Assembly (NCBI GenBank): GCA_964423885.1
Contig: CAYRGD010000001.1
Location: forward strand, 160,660 to 224,659
Source: an uncultured Candidatus Saccharibacteria bacterium
Lineage (GTDB): Bacteria > Patescibacteriota > UBA1384 > JACPKC01
DNA: 64,000 nucleotides
Direction: 5' to 3'
Positions 1 to 10,031 of the stretch are shown here, in pieces. The notes under the pieces are model-generated. The model was not told where the DNA came from. It saw only the letters and a list, made by a program, of their open reading frames with translations, and searched no databases. Position 1 is the stretch's first letter, and each line of letters opens with the position of its first letter. The position numbers and the translations under genes are program-made.

Positions 1-299
1 CAGCCGATCCTTCCCGTCGCCGTAGCGAAGCTTTTTTGCTCCGGCTTGTGCAACAGGCTCGGCCGGTTCACTGCGACATAAGCGTGGATGGCGGAGTAGT
101 GCTGGGCGACCTGGGCGTTGAGATCCGCGATTTGCGCTTCGGCTTGGTCTTGCAGGGCTTGGATCTGGGTACGGAGCGCGGCGGCGATTGCCTTCTTGGT
201 TTCTGTACACCGGGCAAGCGCGGCGTGCCGTTGGGCCAGTTCTTCGGTTGACTGGATGGCGGTTTCGACCGCGACGAGTTCGACGAATTGTTTGCTCAC
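1..299 (-). CDS. Partial CDS running off the left edge: coiled-coil protein resembling a Mu Gam-like DNA-end-binding / host-nuclease-inhibitor protein
   Basis: GTG start at 299-297 preceded by GAGAGGAA RBS. Translation reads VSKQFVELVAVETAIQSTEELAQRHAALARCTETKKAIAAALRTQIQALQDQAEAQIADLNAQVAQHYSAIHAYVAVNRPSLLHKPEQKSFATATGRIG and stays open to position 1. Heptad-like coiled coil followed by K-x-x-x-x-TG-x-I/V-x-W-like segment as in Gam family. Not in ORF track because it is truncated. Confidence 0.35.
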   Translation of the reverse strand, partial: MSKQFVELVAVETAIQSTEELAQRHAALARCTETKKAIAAALRTQIQALQDQAEAQIADLNAQVAQHYSAIHAYVAVNRPSLLHKPEQKSFATATGRIG

Positions 300-390
300 G
301 TGCGTATATTCCTCTCGATTTGTAAACTGAACCGCGCTTCATTGCTGAAGCGCCAGGGCAGTATAGCGGGTTTGGCAGGATCGAGCGAGG

Positions 391-891
391 TTAGCCGAAG
401 CGCAGCTGGGCTGCGGCGACACCGAACGCAACTGCGACGTTCAAGGATTCCTTCGTGCCGAGCATTGGGATCATGACGTGGTGGTCCGCGGCGGCAAGGG
501 CGTCGGTGCGGATGCCGTAGAGTTCGTGTCCGACCACGAGCGCGAGCTTGGCGGCCGTCGGGTGGAACTGCTGGATCGGTATGGCGTCGGGCGTCTGTTC
601 GAGTGCCACGATCTCGAAACCAGCCGCTTTCAGGTGTGCCGCGGCATCGGCGCCGAGCGTGACATGTGTCCAGCGCACGCTCTGTTCGGCACCAAGCGAG
701 GTTTTGGCGATGCGGGAGCGGGTCAGCTCGTCGGCCGGCGTGCCGGTCATGCCGCACAGATACAGGTGCTCGAAGCCGAACGCGTCGGCGGTGCGGAACA
801 TCGACCCGACGTTGTAGAGGCTGCGGACGTTGTCGAGGATGGCGGCGAGCTGCCGGTCAGTTCTGGGTGAGTTCGTCGAGCTTGCGGGCAA
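391..891 (-). CDS. SpoU/TrmH-family RNA 2'-O-methyltransferase (small, TrmL-like size)
   Basis: 166-aa ORF with SpoU motifs LDNVRSLYNVGSMFRTADAFG near the N-terminus and IPMLGTKESLNVAVAFGVAAAQL near the C-terminus. Start is uncertain and overlaps the hisS 3' end. Confidence 0.65.
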   Translation of the reverse strand: MPASSTNSPRTDRQLAAILDNVRSLYNVGSMFRTADAFGFEHLYLCGMTGTPADELTRSRIAKTSLGAEQSVRWTHVTLGADAAAHLKAAGFEIVALEQTPDAIPIQQFHPTAAKLALVVGHELYGIRTDALAAADHHVMIPMLGTKESLNVAVAFGVAAAQLRFG

Positions 892-2173
892 TGACGCTCT
901 CCACGTCTTCGAACGCGACCGTATCCTGCGTGCCGTCGAACATATTGCGGACGATGATCGTGCCGTCGATCGCCTCGCGTTCGCCGACGATCAAGGCTAA
1001 TTTCGCGCCCATCTTGTCGGCCGAGCGCAGCTGCGATTTCAAGCTTTCCTTGCCCAGGGCCATGCTGGCGGCCAGACCCTTTTTGCTCAAGCTCACCAGG
1101 AGCGGGATGGCTTTCTTTTTGGCGCGGTCGCCCAGTTGGATCACCAGGATTTCGGTACCGGCCATCGGCGCGACCTCAATCCCCCGTTCGATGAGCCGCT
1201 CGACCGTCCGTTCTATGCCCAATCCGAACCCGAACGCAGGGGTCTGGCCGCCGCCCAAGGTCTCGACGAGTTCGTCGTACCGCCCGCCGCCGCCTAGGAC
1301 CGACTGGCGGCCCGGGTCGTCTTTGTGCCGCAGCTCGAACGTGGTGCGGGTGTAGTAGTCGAGTCCGCGGACCAAGTACGGGTTGAGGTCGTACGGCACG
1401 CCGGCTTCGTCGAGATATTCGAGTACGAGCATGAAGTGCTTGCGGCAGTCGGCGCACAGGTTGTCAACCGTGGCCGGCGCGGCTTCTTTATACGGCTGGC
1501 ACTGCGCTTCTTTGCAGTCGAGCAACCGGAGCGGGTTGGTTTCGAACCGCTTGTTGCAATCGGCGCACAGGTGCGGCAGGAGCGGTTCGTAGTACGCCTT
1601 CAATGCCGAGCGGATCTGGCCGCGGCAGGCCTTGTCGCCGATCGAATTCAATTCGATCACCGATTCGTCGTCGAGTCCCAGGTCTTGGACGATCTGCCAC
1701 AAGGCGAGCAGGGTCATCGCGTCGGTGAGCGGCGTGTCGTCGCCGAAAACCTCGACGGTCAGCTGCGTGTGCTGGCGGTACCGGCCTTTTTGTGGCCGGT
1801 CGTAGCGGAAGTTTTGGACGAACGAATAGAGCTTGACCGGCTGCGACCAGGTACGCATGCCGTGTTCGATGTAGGCGCGGACGATACCGGCCGTGCCTTC
1901 GGGCCGCAACACAAGTTCTCGGTCGGCGGATTCGTCGCCCTCGCCGCGGTTGCCGATCCGGCCGGCTGCAAAGAGTTCCTTCTGGACGATGTCGGTGTCC
2001 TGGCCGGTACCACGCAGGTAGAGTTCTTTCGATTCGACGACCGGCGTGTCGATCGGTTGGAAACCGAAGCTCTGGAGCCGCGTCTGGGCGACCGACCGCA
2101 GTCGGGACCAGTACGCCTGCTCTTCGGGTAAGACGTCGCGCATGCCCCGTGCGAGCGAGATCGGTTTCTCCAT
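857..2173 (-). CDS. hisS: Histidine--tRNA ligase
   Basis: Class II aaRS HisRS motifs (ARGMRDVLPEE, GGGGRYDEL). Start trimmed to the ATG at 2173, preceded by AAGGAG; the ORF-track N-terminal extension has no RBS. Confidence 0.9.
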   Translation of the reverse strand: MEKPISLARGMRDVLPEEQAYWSRLRSVAQTRLQSFGFQPIDTPVVESKELYLRGTGQDTDIVQKELFAAGRIGNRGEGDESADRELVLRPEGTAGIVRAYIEHGMRTWSQPVKLYSFVQNFRYDRPQKGRYRQHTQLTVEVFGDDTPLTDAMTLLALWQIVQDLGLDDESVIELNSIGDKACRGQIRSALKAYYEPLLPHLCADCNKRFETNPLRLLDCKEAQCQPYKEAAPATVDNLCADCRKHFMLVLEYLDEAGVPYDLNPYLVRGLDYYTRTTFELRHKDDPGRQSVLGGGGRYDELVETLGGGQTPAFGFGLGIERTVERLIERGIEVAPMAGTEILVIQLGDRAKKKAIPLLVSLSKKGLAASMALGKESLKSQLRSADKMGAKLALIVGEREAIDGTIIVRNMFDGTQDTVAFEDVESVIARKLDELTQN

Positions 2174-2229
2174 GGCACTCCTTGTCACAGGGGGCAGTAT
2201 AGCACGCGTTCCCCAGGGGAACAAATCTG

Positions 2230-3750
2230 TCAGCCGCCGATGTGGAACCAGGCTTTGATGTGCGAGCGGGCCTTCTGGGTTTTGGCGAACCGGAGCCAGT
2301 CGCGTTTGGGACCTTTCGGGTGTTTGCCGCGGACGATTTCGACGATGTCGCCGTTCCCAAGCGGTGTCGAGAGCGCGGTCAATTTCCCGTTGACGGTCGC
2401 GCCCTGCAGACTTTCGGCGACTTCGGAATGGATCGCGTAGGCGAAGTCGACCGGCGTACTGTCGGCCGGCAAGGTGACCACCTCGCCCCGTGGCGTAAAC
2501 ACGAAAATCTGGTCGGTGAAAAAGTCGAGCCGGAGCGCCTCGCGCAGTTCGTCGGGCTTCGTGAGCGATTCCTGCCAGCGCTGCAGGTCGGCCAGCCAGT
2601 CAAGACGGGCTTCGGTGATTTCTTCGGGCGAGCCGGCCGTATCCGCGCGGTGCTTGCGTTCGTTGTACGACCAGTGGGCGGCCACGCCGCGTTCGGCCTG
2701 TTCATGCATCTCGGGCGTCCGGATCTGGATCTCGACGATCTCGCCGTCGAGCCCGAAGACGGTGGTGTGGAGCGACCGGTAGCCGTTCGGTTTCGGGGTG
2801 GCGATGTAATCCTTGATCCGGCCGATGAGCGGGTTCCAGCGGCTATGGATGAGGCCCAAAGTGCGGTAGCAGTCGCTCGCGGTCGGGACGATGATCCGGA
2901 TCGCGACCAGGTCGTAGATCTTACTTAAGTCGCCTTGGTACCGCTGGAGTTTCCGCCAGAGGCTGTACATGTGCTTGACCCGGCCATGGACGTCGGCCGC
3001 GCGGATGCCCTCGGCTTCCAAGCTCGCTTGCAGCACCCGCGAGAAGCGGCGGATGTAGCGTTCCCGTTCGGCGACGCGTGCCTCGACGAGCGCCTGCAGT
3101 TGGACGTGCTCTTTGGCGTAGACGTACGGGAACGCCAGGTCTTCGAGGTCGCCTTTCACCTGGCCCATGCCGAGCCGGTACGCGATCGGGGCGTAGATCT
3201 CGAGCGTTTCCTGGGCGATCCGCGTCCGTTTGTCCGGCCGGAACGAGTCGAGCGTCTGCATGTTATGGAGCCGGTCGCCGAGCTTGATAAGCACGACGCG
3301 GATATCGGCAGCCATGGCGAGCAGCATCTTGCGGAGCGACTCCACCTGGCGTTCGAACGCCAGGCGCTTGTCGTCGTTGCGGCCAAGGAGCCGGGACACG
3401 AACGACGCCGGCTGGAGCTGTACTTTGGCGAGCTTAGTAACGCCGGCGACCAGATTTGCCACGTCGGAGCCGAATTCCTTGGCGAGTTGGTCGACCGTGA
3501 CGCCGGTATCTTCAGGAATGTCATGGAGTATGCCGGCGGCCAAGGTGGCGGCGTCGAGATGGAGCTTGGCTAGGAAGACGGCCACGGACAGCGGGTGGGT
3601 CAGATAGGCTTCGCCGCTCTGGCGCACGGCCCCGGCGTGGTGTTTAGCGGCGAATCCGATCGCCCGTTCGACCAGCCGCCAATCGGCGGCGCGCAGGTAT
3701 GGCTGGGCGAGCTCTTTAAGCCGCCGTTCGAGTACGTGTTCGGGTGCCAT
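2230..3750 (-). CDS. Bifunctional (p)ppGpp synthetase/hydrolase, short RelA/SpoT homologue (HD + synthetase + TGS, no ACT domain)
   Basis: HD motif LHDIPEDT, synthetase motif RVKHMYSLWRKL...DLVAIRIIV, TGS segment VVTLPADSTPVDFAYAIHSEVA. 506 aa. Confidence 0.85.
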   Translation of the reverse strand: MAPEHVLERRLKELAQPYLRAADWRLVERAIGFAAKHHAGAVRQSGEAYLTHPLSVAVFLAKLHLDAATLAAGILHDIPEDTGVTVDQLAKEFGSDVANLVAGVTKLAKVQLQPASFVSRLLGRNDDKRLAFERQVESLRKMLLAMAADIRVVLIKLGDRLHNMQTLDSFRPDKRTRIAQETLEIYAPIAYRLGMGQVKGDLEDLAFPYVYAKEHVQLQALVEARVAERERYIRRFSRVLQASLEAEGIRAADVHGRVKHMYSLWRKLQRYQGDLSKIYDLVAIRIIVPTASDCYRTLGLIHSRWNPLIGRIKDYIATPKPNGYRSLHTTVFGLDGEIVEIQIRTPEMHEQAERGVAAHWSYNERKHRADTAGSPEEITEARLDWLADLQRWQESLTKPDELREALRLDFFTDQIFVFTPRGEVVTLPADSTPVDFAYAIHSEVAESLQGATVNGKLTALSTPLGNGDIVEIVRGKHPKGPKRDWLRFAKTQKARSHIKAWFHIGG

Positions 3751-6293
3751 GGCGGTTCGGACGCGGCGGAACGGACGGACGGACAGGCGTTACCTTGATG
3801 GTGCCGTGTACCGCGGCGACGGTGAGCGGTTGCGGCCGGGCCGATCGGAGTACGGCATCGGCGAGCTTGGCGCCCGCTTCGCGTTCGACCAGACGCCGGA
3901 TGTCGCGTGCGCCGGCCTTCGACCGTCCGACCATGCCGGCCAGGTGCTGTACTGCCGAGTCGTCGATGTGGACGGTGACGCCTTCTTGCGCTCCTTGTGC
4001 AACCAGGCGGCCAAGCTCAAGCCCTACGATCGTGGCAAGGGCATCGGGCGTGAGCGGCCGGAATGGCACGACCGCGTCGAGCCGGCCCAAGAATTCGGGC
4101 TGGAAGCGCTCGCGCAGGAGCGCATCGATCTTCGCGTCGATCGCGGCGGTCGATTGCCCGGTCGCGAAGCCGATCCCACCTTGTTCTTGCCATAGCTGTC
4201 CGCCGATGTTGCTCGTGAGTACGATGAGCGTGTCGTGGAAATGGACCGTGCGGCCCGTGCCGTCGGTCAGACGGCCGTCTTCCATGAGCTGGAGCAGGAC
4301 ATGGAAGACGTCGGGGTGTGCCTTTTCGATTTCGTCGAACAGCAGCACCTGGTGCGGCCGTCGCCGGACCGCTTCGAGTACCTTGCTCGGTTCATTGTAG
4401 CCGACGTACCCCGGCGGCGCGCCCAGTAAGCGGGCCACTTGGTGCCGTTCCATGAATTCGCTCATGTCGAGCTTGGTGAGCGCCGCGGGCGACCCGAAGA
4501 CCGTGTCGGCAAGCACGCGGGCCGTTTCGGTTTTACCGACCCCGGTCGGCCCGACGAACAGCAGGACGCCGAGCGGCCGGTTCGGGTGTTTGAAGCCGCT
4601 CTTCGCCTGACGGATGATCCGTGCTACGGTGCCGACCGCTTGCGGCTGCCCGATAATCGCGGCGCCCAGCGTGTCGTCGAGCTTCAGCAGGCTGCGGCGG
4701 TGCATGACCGACAGCTTCGCGGCCGGAATGCCGGTCCACCGGCTCACGATCGCGCGCAGGTGGTCGCCGGTGAGCGTTTGGTCGTACTGCCGCTTCGCGG
4801 GTTGGGTCTCGCGCCGGTCGCGCAGTTTCTTGATCGCAAGTTGGAGTTTGGCCGCTTCGTCGCGCAGGTAGGCGGCCCGTTCGAAGTGCTCTTGCCGCGT
4901 CTCGTATTCCTTCTGGTTCAAGAGCGCTTTGAGCTCGCGTTCGAGCGCCGGTACCGAGGGATGCGCGTGTTGCAGGCTTCCGGGCTGCCCGGAGCGAGGC
5001 GGCAGCTTCGTCGACCAGATCGATCGCCTTGTCGGGAAAGTGGCGGTCGTGCAGGTACCGTTCGGCCAGCCGCACGGCGTCTTCGACCGTCTCGTCGGGA
5101 ATCGACAGTTCGTGGAACTGCTCGTACCGGTCGCGGATGCCCAGGAGGATCTCTGTTGTCTCGGTGGCGCTCGGCTCTTGGACGACTACTGGCTGGAAGC
5201 GGCGTTCGAGCGCAGCGTCTCGTTCGATATGTTTCTTGTACTCGGCGGTCGTCGTCGCGCCGATGACGCGCTGCGTGCCCTTGGCAAGCAGCGGCTTCAG
5301 GATATTGGCCGCGTCGAGGCCGCCCTCGGCCCCGCCCGCGCCGATCAAGGTATGGATCTCGTCGATGAACAGGATTACGTGCTCCACAGCTTCGAGTTCG
5401 GCGATCATGCGGCGGAGCCGTTCTTCGAATTGGCCCCGGTACATCGTACCGGCGACCAGTGTGCTGAGTTCGAGACTGACCAGGCGTGTATCGGCAAGGT
5501 ACGGCGGGACGGTGCCGGCGACGATCGCGGCGGCCAGGCCTTCCACGATCGCGGTTTTCCCGGTGCCCGGTTCGCCGATCAGGATCGGGTTGTTCTTCGT
5601 TTTCCGTCCGAGGATATGGGTCAGGCGCATGAGCTCGTCGGCCCGGCCGATGAGCGGTTCCAATTGATGGTCGGCCGCGAGCGCGGTCAGATCGGTAGTC
5701 AGCTCGTCGAGCATCGGCGTGGCACTCTCTTCGCCATCGTCATCGTCCGTTTCGTCGGTGTCGTCGTGCTGGGCCGGCGGACGGTTGCTGATCGGCTGTC
5801 CGCCGATCACGCCCAATATCTCGATCTCGTGGCTACCCACCTGCTCGACGCCCTCTTCGTAGAGTGACCGTTCGAGCATTCGGCGGACCGTCTTTGGTTC
5901 CAGGCCGAGTTGGTGGAGGACGTGATGGCCGCGGCTGTCGGTGTCCGTGGTCAGGGCCCATAGGATATGTTCGGGCCCGATCCGCTCCGACCCGACGGTC
6001 GCTGCCTGGAGCGCTGCCCGTTCGAGTACGGCCTTCGCCTCGGCGGTCATCGTGCCCTTGGGTTGCGGTTTCGACGGATGGGCATGTAACACCAGCCGGA
6101 TCTGGTCGAGCGTGACCGGCAGTTTCCGCAGCACCGAGTAGGCGGCCGATCCGGGTGTGACCGCGAGCGCGATCAGTAAGTGCTCGGATCCCAATCCGGC
6201 GTCGAGCGTTTCGGCGTAGCGTTGGGCGGCAACCAAAATCGCCCGCGCCTCGCGCGAGAACTTGGCAAAGCTGTCGAGCGGCATGTCGCTCAT
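3716..6293 (-). CDS. clpC: ClpC-type AAA+ chaperone (Clp_N, D1, UVR-like linker, D2), reading frame interrupted near 4950-4965
   Basis: ORF 4533-6293 encodes Clp_N repeats and D1 (GEPGTGKTAIVEGLA Walker A). ORF 3716-4921, in another frame, encodes the linker (FERAAYLRDEAAKLQ) and D2 ([15 protein letters not shown]). Translating through 4921-4990 shows a single +/-1 shift after ...DEAAASLRAARK. Confidence 0.8.
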
Positions 6294-6303
6294 GGGCGGT
6301 CGG

Positions 6304-7509
6304 TTACTCCTGCGCTTGGTCGGGTTCCTCGGGCATCGGTTCGACGTCCGTGGATTCAGTGGTTGCGGTATCAGCCGGCTCTTCTGGCGCGGCAGTCTCG
6401 TCGGCCTCGTCCGTCGGTTCGGTTTCCGCCTCGGCGTCAGCGCTTTCGGCGGCGGCGGGCACGAGCTCGTCCTTCACGATATCCAGGTTCCAGCCGGTGA
6501 GCTTGCTTGCGAGCCGGACGTTCTGGCCGCTCCGGCCGATAGCGAGCGACACTTGGTCGTCGGGGACGCGGATCTTGGCCGTCCTGGTGGCATCATCGAG
6601 CGTGATCGAATCGACCTTGGCCGGCGACAGCGCGTTGGCGATGAGCTGCATCGGGTCTTCGTTCCACAGGATGATGTCGATTTTTTCTTCGGTCAGCTCC
6701 GACAACACGGCCTGGACGCGGATGCCGCGCTGGCCGACGCACGAGCCGACCGGATCGAGGCCGTCCTGATGGGCCATAACGGCGATCTTGGTGCGCGAGC
6801 CCGGTTCGCGGGCGATCGCCTCGATCGTGACCGTGCCGCTCTGGATTTCCGGCACTTCCTGGGTGAACAGGCCGCGGATCACGTCCGGGTGTGTGCGGGA
6901 GACAAGTACCTTCGGGCCGCGGTTCGTTTCTTCGACCCCTCGGACGAAGAACTTCAGCCGCTGGCCGGTGTAGTAGCGCTCGTTCGGCACCTGGTCGTGC
7001 GGGAGCATGACCGCGTTCATCCGGCCGATGTTGATGATGACGTCCTTGCCTTCGATCTGCTGGACTGTACCGCTCACGATCTGCCCTTCTTTGTCCTTGA
7101 ATTCCTGGTAGAGCATCGTGCGCTCGGCTTCGGCGATCCGTTGGATGATCACCTGCTTGGCGGTCTGCGCGGCGATCCGGCCGAACTCGGCGTGTTCGGG
7201 CAGTGGAATGACGACCTCGCCACCGATCTCCGCCTTCTTGTCGAGCTTCTTGGCCTCGGTTTCGGTGAGCTGACGTTCCGGTTCCTCGATTTCGGCGTCG
7301 TCCGCGACCACGTCGTAGACTTGGAACATCTTGGTCTTTGTCAGGTCGTCGGCATCAAGGGTCGCCCGAATAACCTGGCCGGCCTTGCCATAGTCTTTGC
7401 GGTAGGCGGCGGCCAGCGCGGCCTCGACCGTTTGGACGATAACCTCGACCGGGAGCCCGCGCTCCTCGGACAGTTGTTCGAGCGCTGCCATGAAGGGTGA
7501 TGATGCCAT
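6304..7509 (-). CDS. nusA: Transcription termination/antitermination factor NusA
   Basis: NusA N-terminal domain, S1 and two KH domains (GRIAAQTAKQVI, LAIGRSGQNVRLASKLTGW). Acidic C-terminal tail. RBS AAGGAAC. Confidence 0.9.
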   Translation of the reverse strand: MASSPFMAALEQLSEERGLPVEVIVQTVEAALAAAYRKDYGKAGQVIRATLDADDLTKTKMFQVYDVVADDAEIEEPERQLTETEAKKLDKKAEIGGEVVIPLPEHAEFGRIAAQTAKQVIIQRIAEAERTMLYQEFKDKEGQIVSGTVQQIEGKDVIINIGRMNAVMLPHDQVPNERYYTGQRLKFFVRGVEETNRGPKVLVSRTHPDVIRGLFTQEVPEIQSGTVTIEAIAREPGSRTKIAVMAHQDGLDPVGSCVGQRGIRVQAVLSELTEEKIDIILWNEDPMQLIANALSPAKVDSITLDDATRTAKIRVPDDQVSLAIGRSGQNVRLASKLTGWNLDIVKDELVPAAAESADAEAETEPTDEADETAAPEEPADTATTESTDVEPMPEEPDQAQE

Positions 7510-7556
7510 AGGGGTTCCTTTGTTCCTTTTATAGCCGATGCGGCCGGTTCTGTCGA

Positions 7557-7586
7557 CAAAAAACCAGCCAACGGAGCGTTGTCTGG
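7557..7586 (-). terminator. Candidate intrinsic terminator downstream of the tagA-like gene
   Basis: Minus strand reads CCAGACAACG-CTC-CGTTGGCTGG (10-bp stem, one mismatch) followed by TTTTTTGTC. Confidence 0.4.
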
Positions 7587-7623
7587 TGTACGCCTCGTAT
7601 CCTACTACGAATGCCGGTTACGG

Positions 7624-8376
7624 TCAATCAAGCGAGGCGCGGATCACAGCCAGGGGGAAGGCTATGGTCGCGGTCGCGATCCTGCGGAACCGCCACGGCT
7701 GCGTCAGGAGTCGCCAGAGCCATTCGAGCCCCAGGCGTCGCATGAGAACCGGTGCCCGGTGCGCCCGGCCGGTCACGAAGTTGAACGACCCTCCGACGCC
7801 CATCATGACCGGCACGCCGAGTGCGGTGCGATGTCGGGCGATAAACACGTCCTGCTTCGGGGCGCCGAATGCGACGAAGAGCACGTCCGGTTTGGCGGCG
7901 CGGATGCGTGCGATGAGCGCCCGTGTCTCAGTGTCAGTGACGCGAGCGTCTTTCTCGAAGCCCTCCTCGGCGCCGGCCACCTGCAAGCCTGGATACCGCT
8001 CGGTAAGCACGTGGGCCGTTTCCGCGGCCACGCCGGCTGTTTCTCCAAGGAAGTACACCCGCCAACCTAGGCGGGCCGCAGCGGCGCAGATATGTTCGAG
8101 CAGATCGATGCCAGGAACGGTCTCGGGGATCGGCGTACCGCGGACGAGTGCGGCCAAGCGGATACCGGTACCGTCGGCGATGTTGAGCGCCGTGGTGCGG
8201 AGCGCTTCGGCAAACTCGGGGTTCCGGCCCGCTTCCATCACGAACTCGGGATTGACGGTGGCGATCTGGTGCGGCTGGCCACTCACGACGAATTCCTTGA
8301 TCCGGGCAAGCACGGCGTCGCCTGTCATGACGTCGATCGGGACCGACAGGATGTCGATCCGCCGCGCGGCTACCAT
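7624..8376 (-). CDS. WecB/TagA/CpsF-family glycosyltransferase (GT26)
   Basis: Motifs VPIDVMT, ATVNPEFVMEA, FGAPKQDVFI. Start trimmed to the ATG at 8376, 4 nt after the DUF2207 stop; the ORF-track N-terminal extension overlaps the upstream gene. Confidence 0.75.
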   Translation of the reverse strand: MVAARRIDILSVPIDVMTGDAVLARIKEFVVSGQPHQIATVNPEFVMEAGRNPEFAEALRTTALNIADGTGIRLAALVRGTPIPETVPGIDLLEHICAAAARLGWRVYFLGETAGVAAETAHVLTERYPGLQVAGAEEGFEKDARVTDTETRALIARIRAAKPDVLFVAFGAPKQDVFIARHRTALGVPVMMGVGGSFNFVTGRAHRAPVLMRRLGLEWLWRLLTQPWRFRRIATATIAFPLAVIRASLD

Positions 8377-10031
8377 GATCCCCCGCCGCCTCCGCCGAAG
8401 CCTCCTCCACTTCCGCCCCCGGAGAACCCGCTGCCGCCCGAGCTTGCGGTCGTGACGCCTGACAGGCTGCTCGTCAGGTTGCCGCCCAAGCCGTTGGCAA
8501 AATGAACGGCCGACCAGTGGGTGCCGTAGTAGCCGCTGTACCAGCGCGGCGCCGCGGTCGCGATGTCTTTGAACGCCTTGGCCCACAGGCCGGCCACGCC
8601 GAAGGCGATCGCGTAAGGCAGGTACCGCTCGAACAGACGCTCTTTCTCGGCGAACGCCATTCGGTACCGTTCGGCGGTCTTGAGGTACAGCTCGAACCCT
8701 TGGATCTGCTCCTTCTTGTCGACGCCGGTCTTCGTCCGCTTCGGCATGAACGGCGCGGCGGCCGCGATGAGCAGGCCGCTCACCGCTCCGCCGATGGCGC
8801 CGGCGGTACCGATGGCTGATCCGAGTACGACCGACGCGGCAACAACCGCGATACCGGCGATGAAGTACAGGAGACGGACCGTATCCGGGTTCGTCACGAT
8901 ATAGCGCGCATCAAGTAACTGGCGGATCGCTTCCGAACGGATTGCCGTCTTGGCGACGACGAGCTGGGTGTCTTGCTTCAGGTCAGCCAGGCGGACGGTG
9001 TCGCCGGTGCGGAACAGCGCGGCGAATAGCCCTGTTTCCGCCGGACTCCCCTGCTTGGGCGGCGACAATTTCGTGAGTTCGAACGCGTTGTGTTTCGGTT
9101 CGCTGATCGTGAGGTGCCCGCCGACCGCCCAGCCAATAATGAGCGCCGTGAGCGTCCGGTCGTCCATCGATTCGGTGCGGAGCATGGCCATGGCCGGGAT
9201 CGTCAGATCTTTGGGTGGGGCGAATTCCGGCACGATCGTGCCCCGGCCACGCGGATCCTTGCCGCCCCGCGCAAATTGCCACAGCAGGAATGCTGCGACC
9301 AGGAACGGCAGGCCCAGCGGCCAATTATCGGTCAGGAACCAACGGAGTTTCGTAGCCGTGCCCGGCAGGGTGACGATACCCAGCGGCCAGCTGGCCACGA
9401 TCGTCAAGCCTTCGGTCGCCGCAAGCTGCCGGGCAGCTTCAAACCGGTACCCGCGTTCCGGCGAGAACGACGATTCCGCTTGGGCCGTACTGCCGAGGGG
9501 TCCCATGTACGCCACCTGGCGGACAGCATCCGGATCCGCGATACCCGGGAGCGTTACGGCCGCCGTGGCGCGGTCGATCGACGTGTCCCATCCGTTACCG
9601 GTAACGTTCCAGTAGAGCTCGACCGCATCGCCTACCTGGTTGAGCGCATTGTCGACGCGGTAGCGGATCGTATACGTATGCATGCCAGTCACGAGCGTAT
9701 CCGCGTCGCCGATCTTGACGGTGATACCGGACAGTGACCGGGATACCGCGAACGTATCCCCTGCGACGTCAATCCCGGAAATCCGAATGCTGCGTGTCAG
9801 GCCGTGGCTATCCGGGAACCTCGTGGGGATCGTCCGTATGATGCCGTGGCGCTGGTTCGTGCCGAAATCGACCGCGATCGCCTCGCGCACGTCGAAACTG
9901 CCGTCGGCGTTCACGCTGACCGTGTCGGCGAAATCCTGGACAGTAAACGCCTCGACGGCGGCTGCAGGCGGCGCGTATCCTACAAGCAGGCCGATAACGC
10001 CGAGGGCAGCAAGAAATCTACTGGTGATCAA
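8370..10031 (-). CDS. DUF2207-family membrane protein (signal peptide, extracellular domain, TM segments, Gly-rich C-terminus)
   Basis: N-terminal signal MITSRFLAALGVIGLLVGYAPPAAA, internal hydrophobic segments, C-terminal SGGSGFSGGGSGGGFGGGGGGSW tail typical of this family. Confidence 0.6.
   Translation of the reverse strand: MITSRFLAALGVIGLLVGYAPPAAAVEAFTVQDFADTVSVNADGSFDVREAIAVDFGTNQRHGIIRTIPTRFPDSHGLTRSIRISGIDVAGDTFAVSRSLSGITVKIGDADTLVTGMHTYTIRYRVDNALNQVGDAVELYWNVTGNGWDTSIDRATAAVTLPGIADPDAVRQVAYMGPLGSTAQAESSFSPERGYRFEAARQLAATEGLTIVASWPLGIVTLPGTATKLRWFLTDNWPLGLPFLVAAFLLWQFARGGKDPRGRGTIVPEFAPPKDLTIPAMAMLRTESMDDRTLTALIIGWAVGGHLTISEPKHNAFELTKLSPPKQGSPAETGLFAALFRTGDTVRLADLKQDTQLVVAKTAIRSEAIRQLLDARYIVTNPDTVRLLYFIAGIAVVAASVVLGSAIGTAGAIGGAVSGLLIAAAAPFMPKRTKTGVDKKEQIQGFELYLKTAERYRMAFAEKERLFERYLPYAIAFGVAGLWAKAFKDIATAAPRWYSGYYGTHWSAVHFANGLGGNLTSSLSGVTTASSGGSGFSGGGSGGGFGGGGGGSW

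Noticed and set aside
2196-2212. Small palindrome GTTCCC-CAG-GGGAAC between relA/spoT and hisS
   Set aside because: 6-bp stem, not followed by a U-tract on the relevant strand; too weak to call a terminator or operator.
1325-7500. Long plus-strand ORFs (1325-2131, 4929-5867, 6262-7500 and others) lying opposite hisS, clpC and nusA
   Set aside because: These are antisense or alternate-frame ORFs opposite genes with clear homology, with Arg/Ala/Gly/Pro-rich translations typical of high-GC non-coding frames and no start or RBS support.
7624-8586. N-terminal extensions of the tagA-like gene (to 8586), rpoA (to 54944), the NTF2-like gene (to 25209, through tRNA-Ala), adk (to 58187) and the TolB-like gene (to 59143) in the ORF track
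   Set aside because: Each extension overlaps the upstream gene or a tRNA and lacks an RBS. An internal ATG with RBS and/or ATGA-type coupling to the upstream stop gives the conventional protein start in each case.
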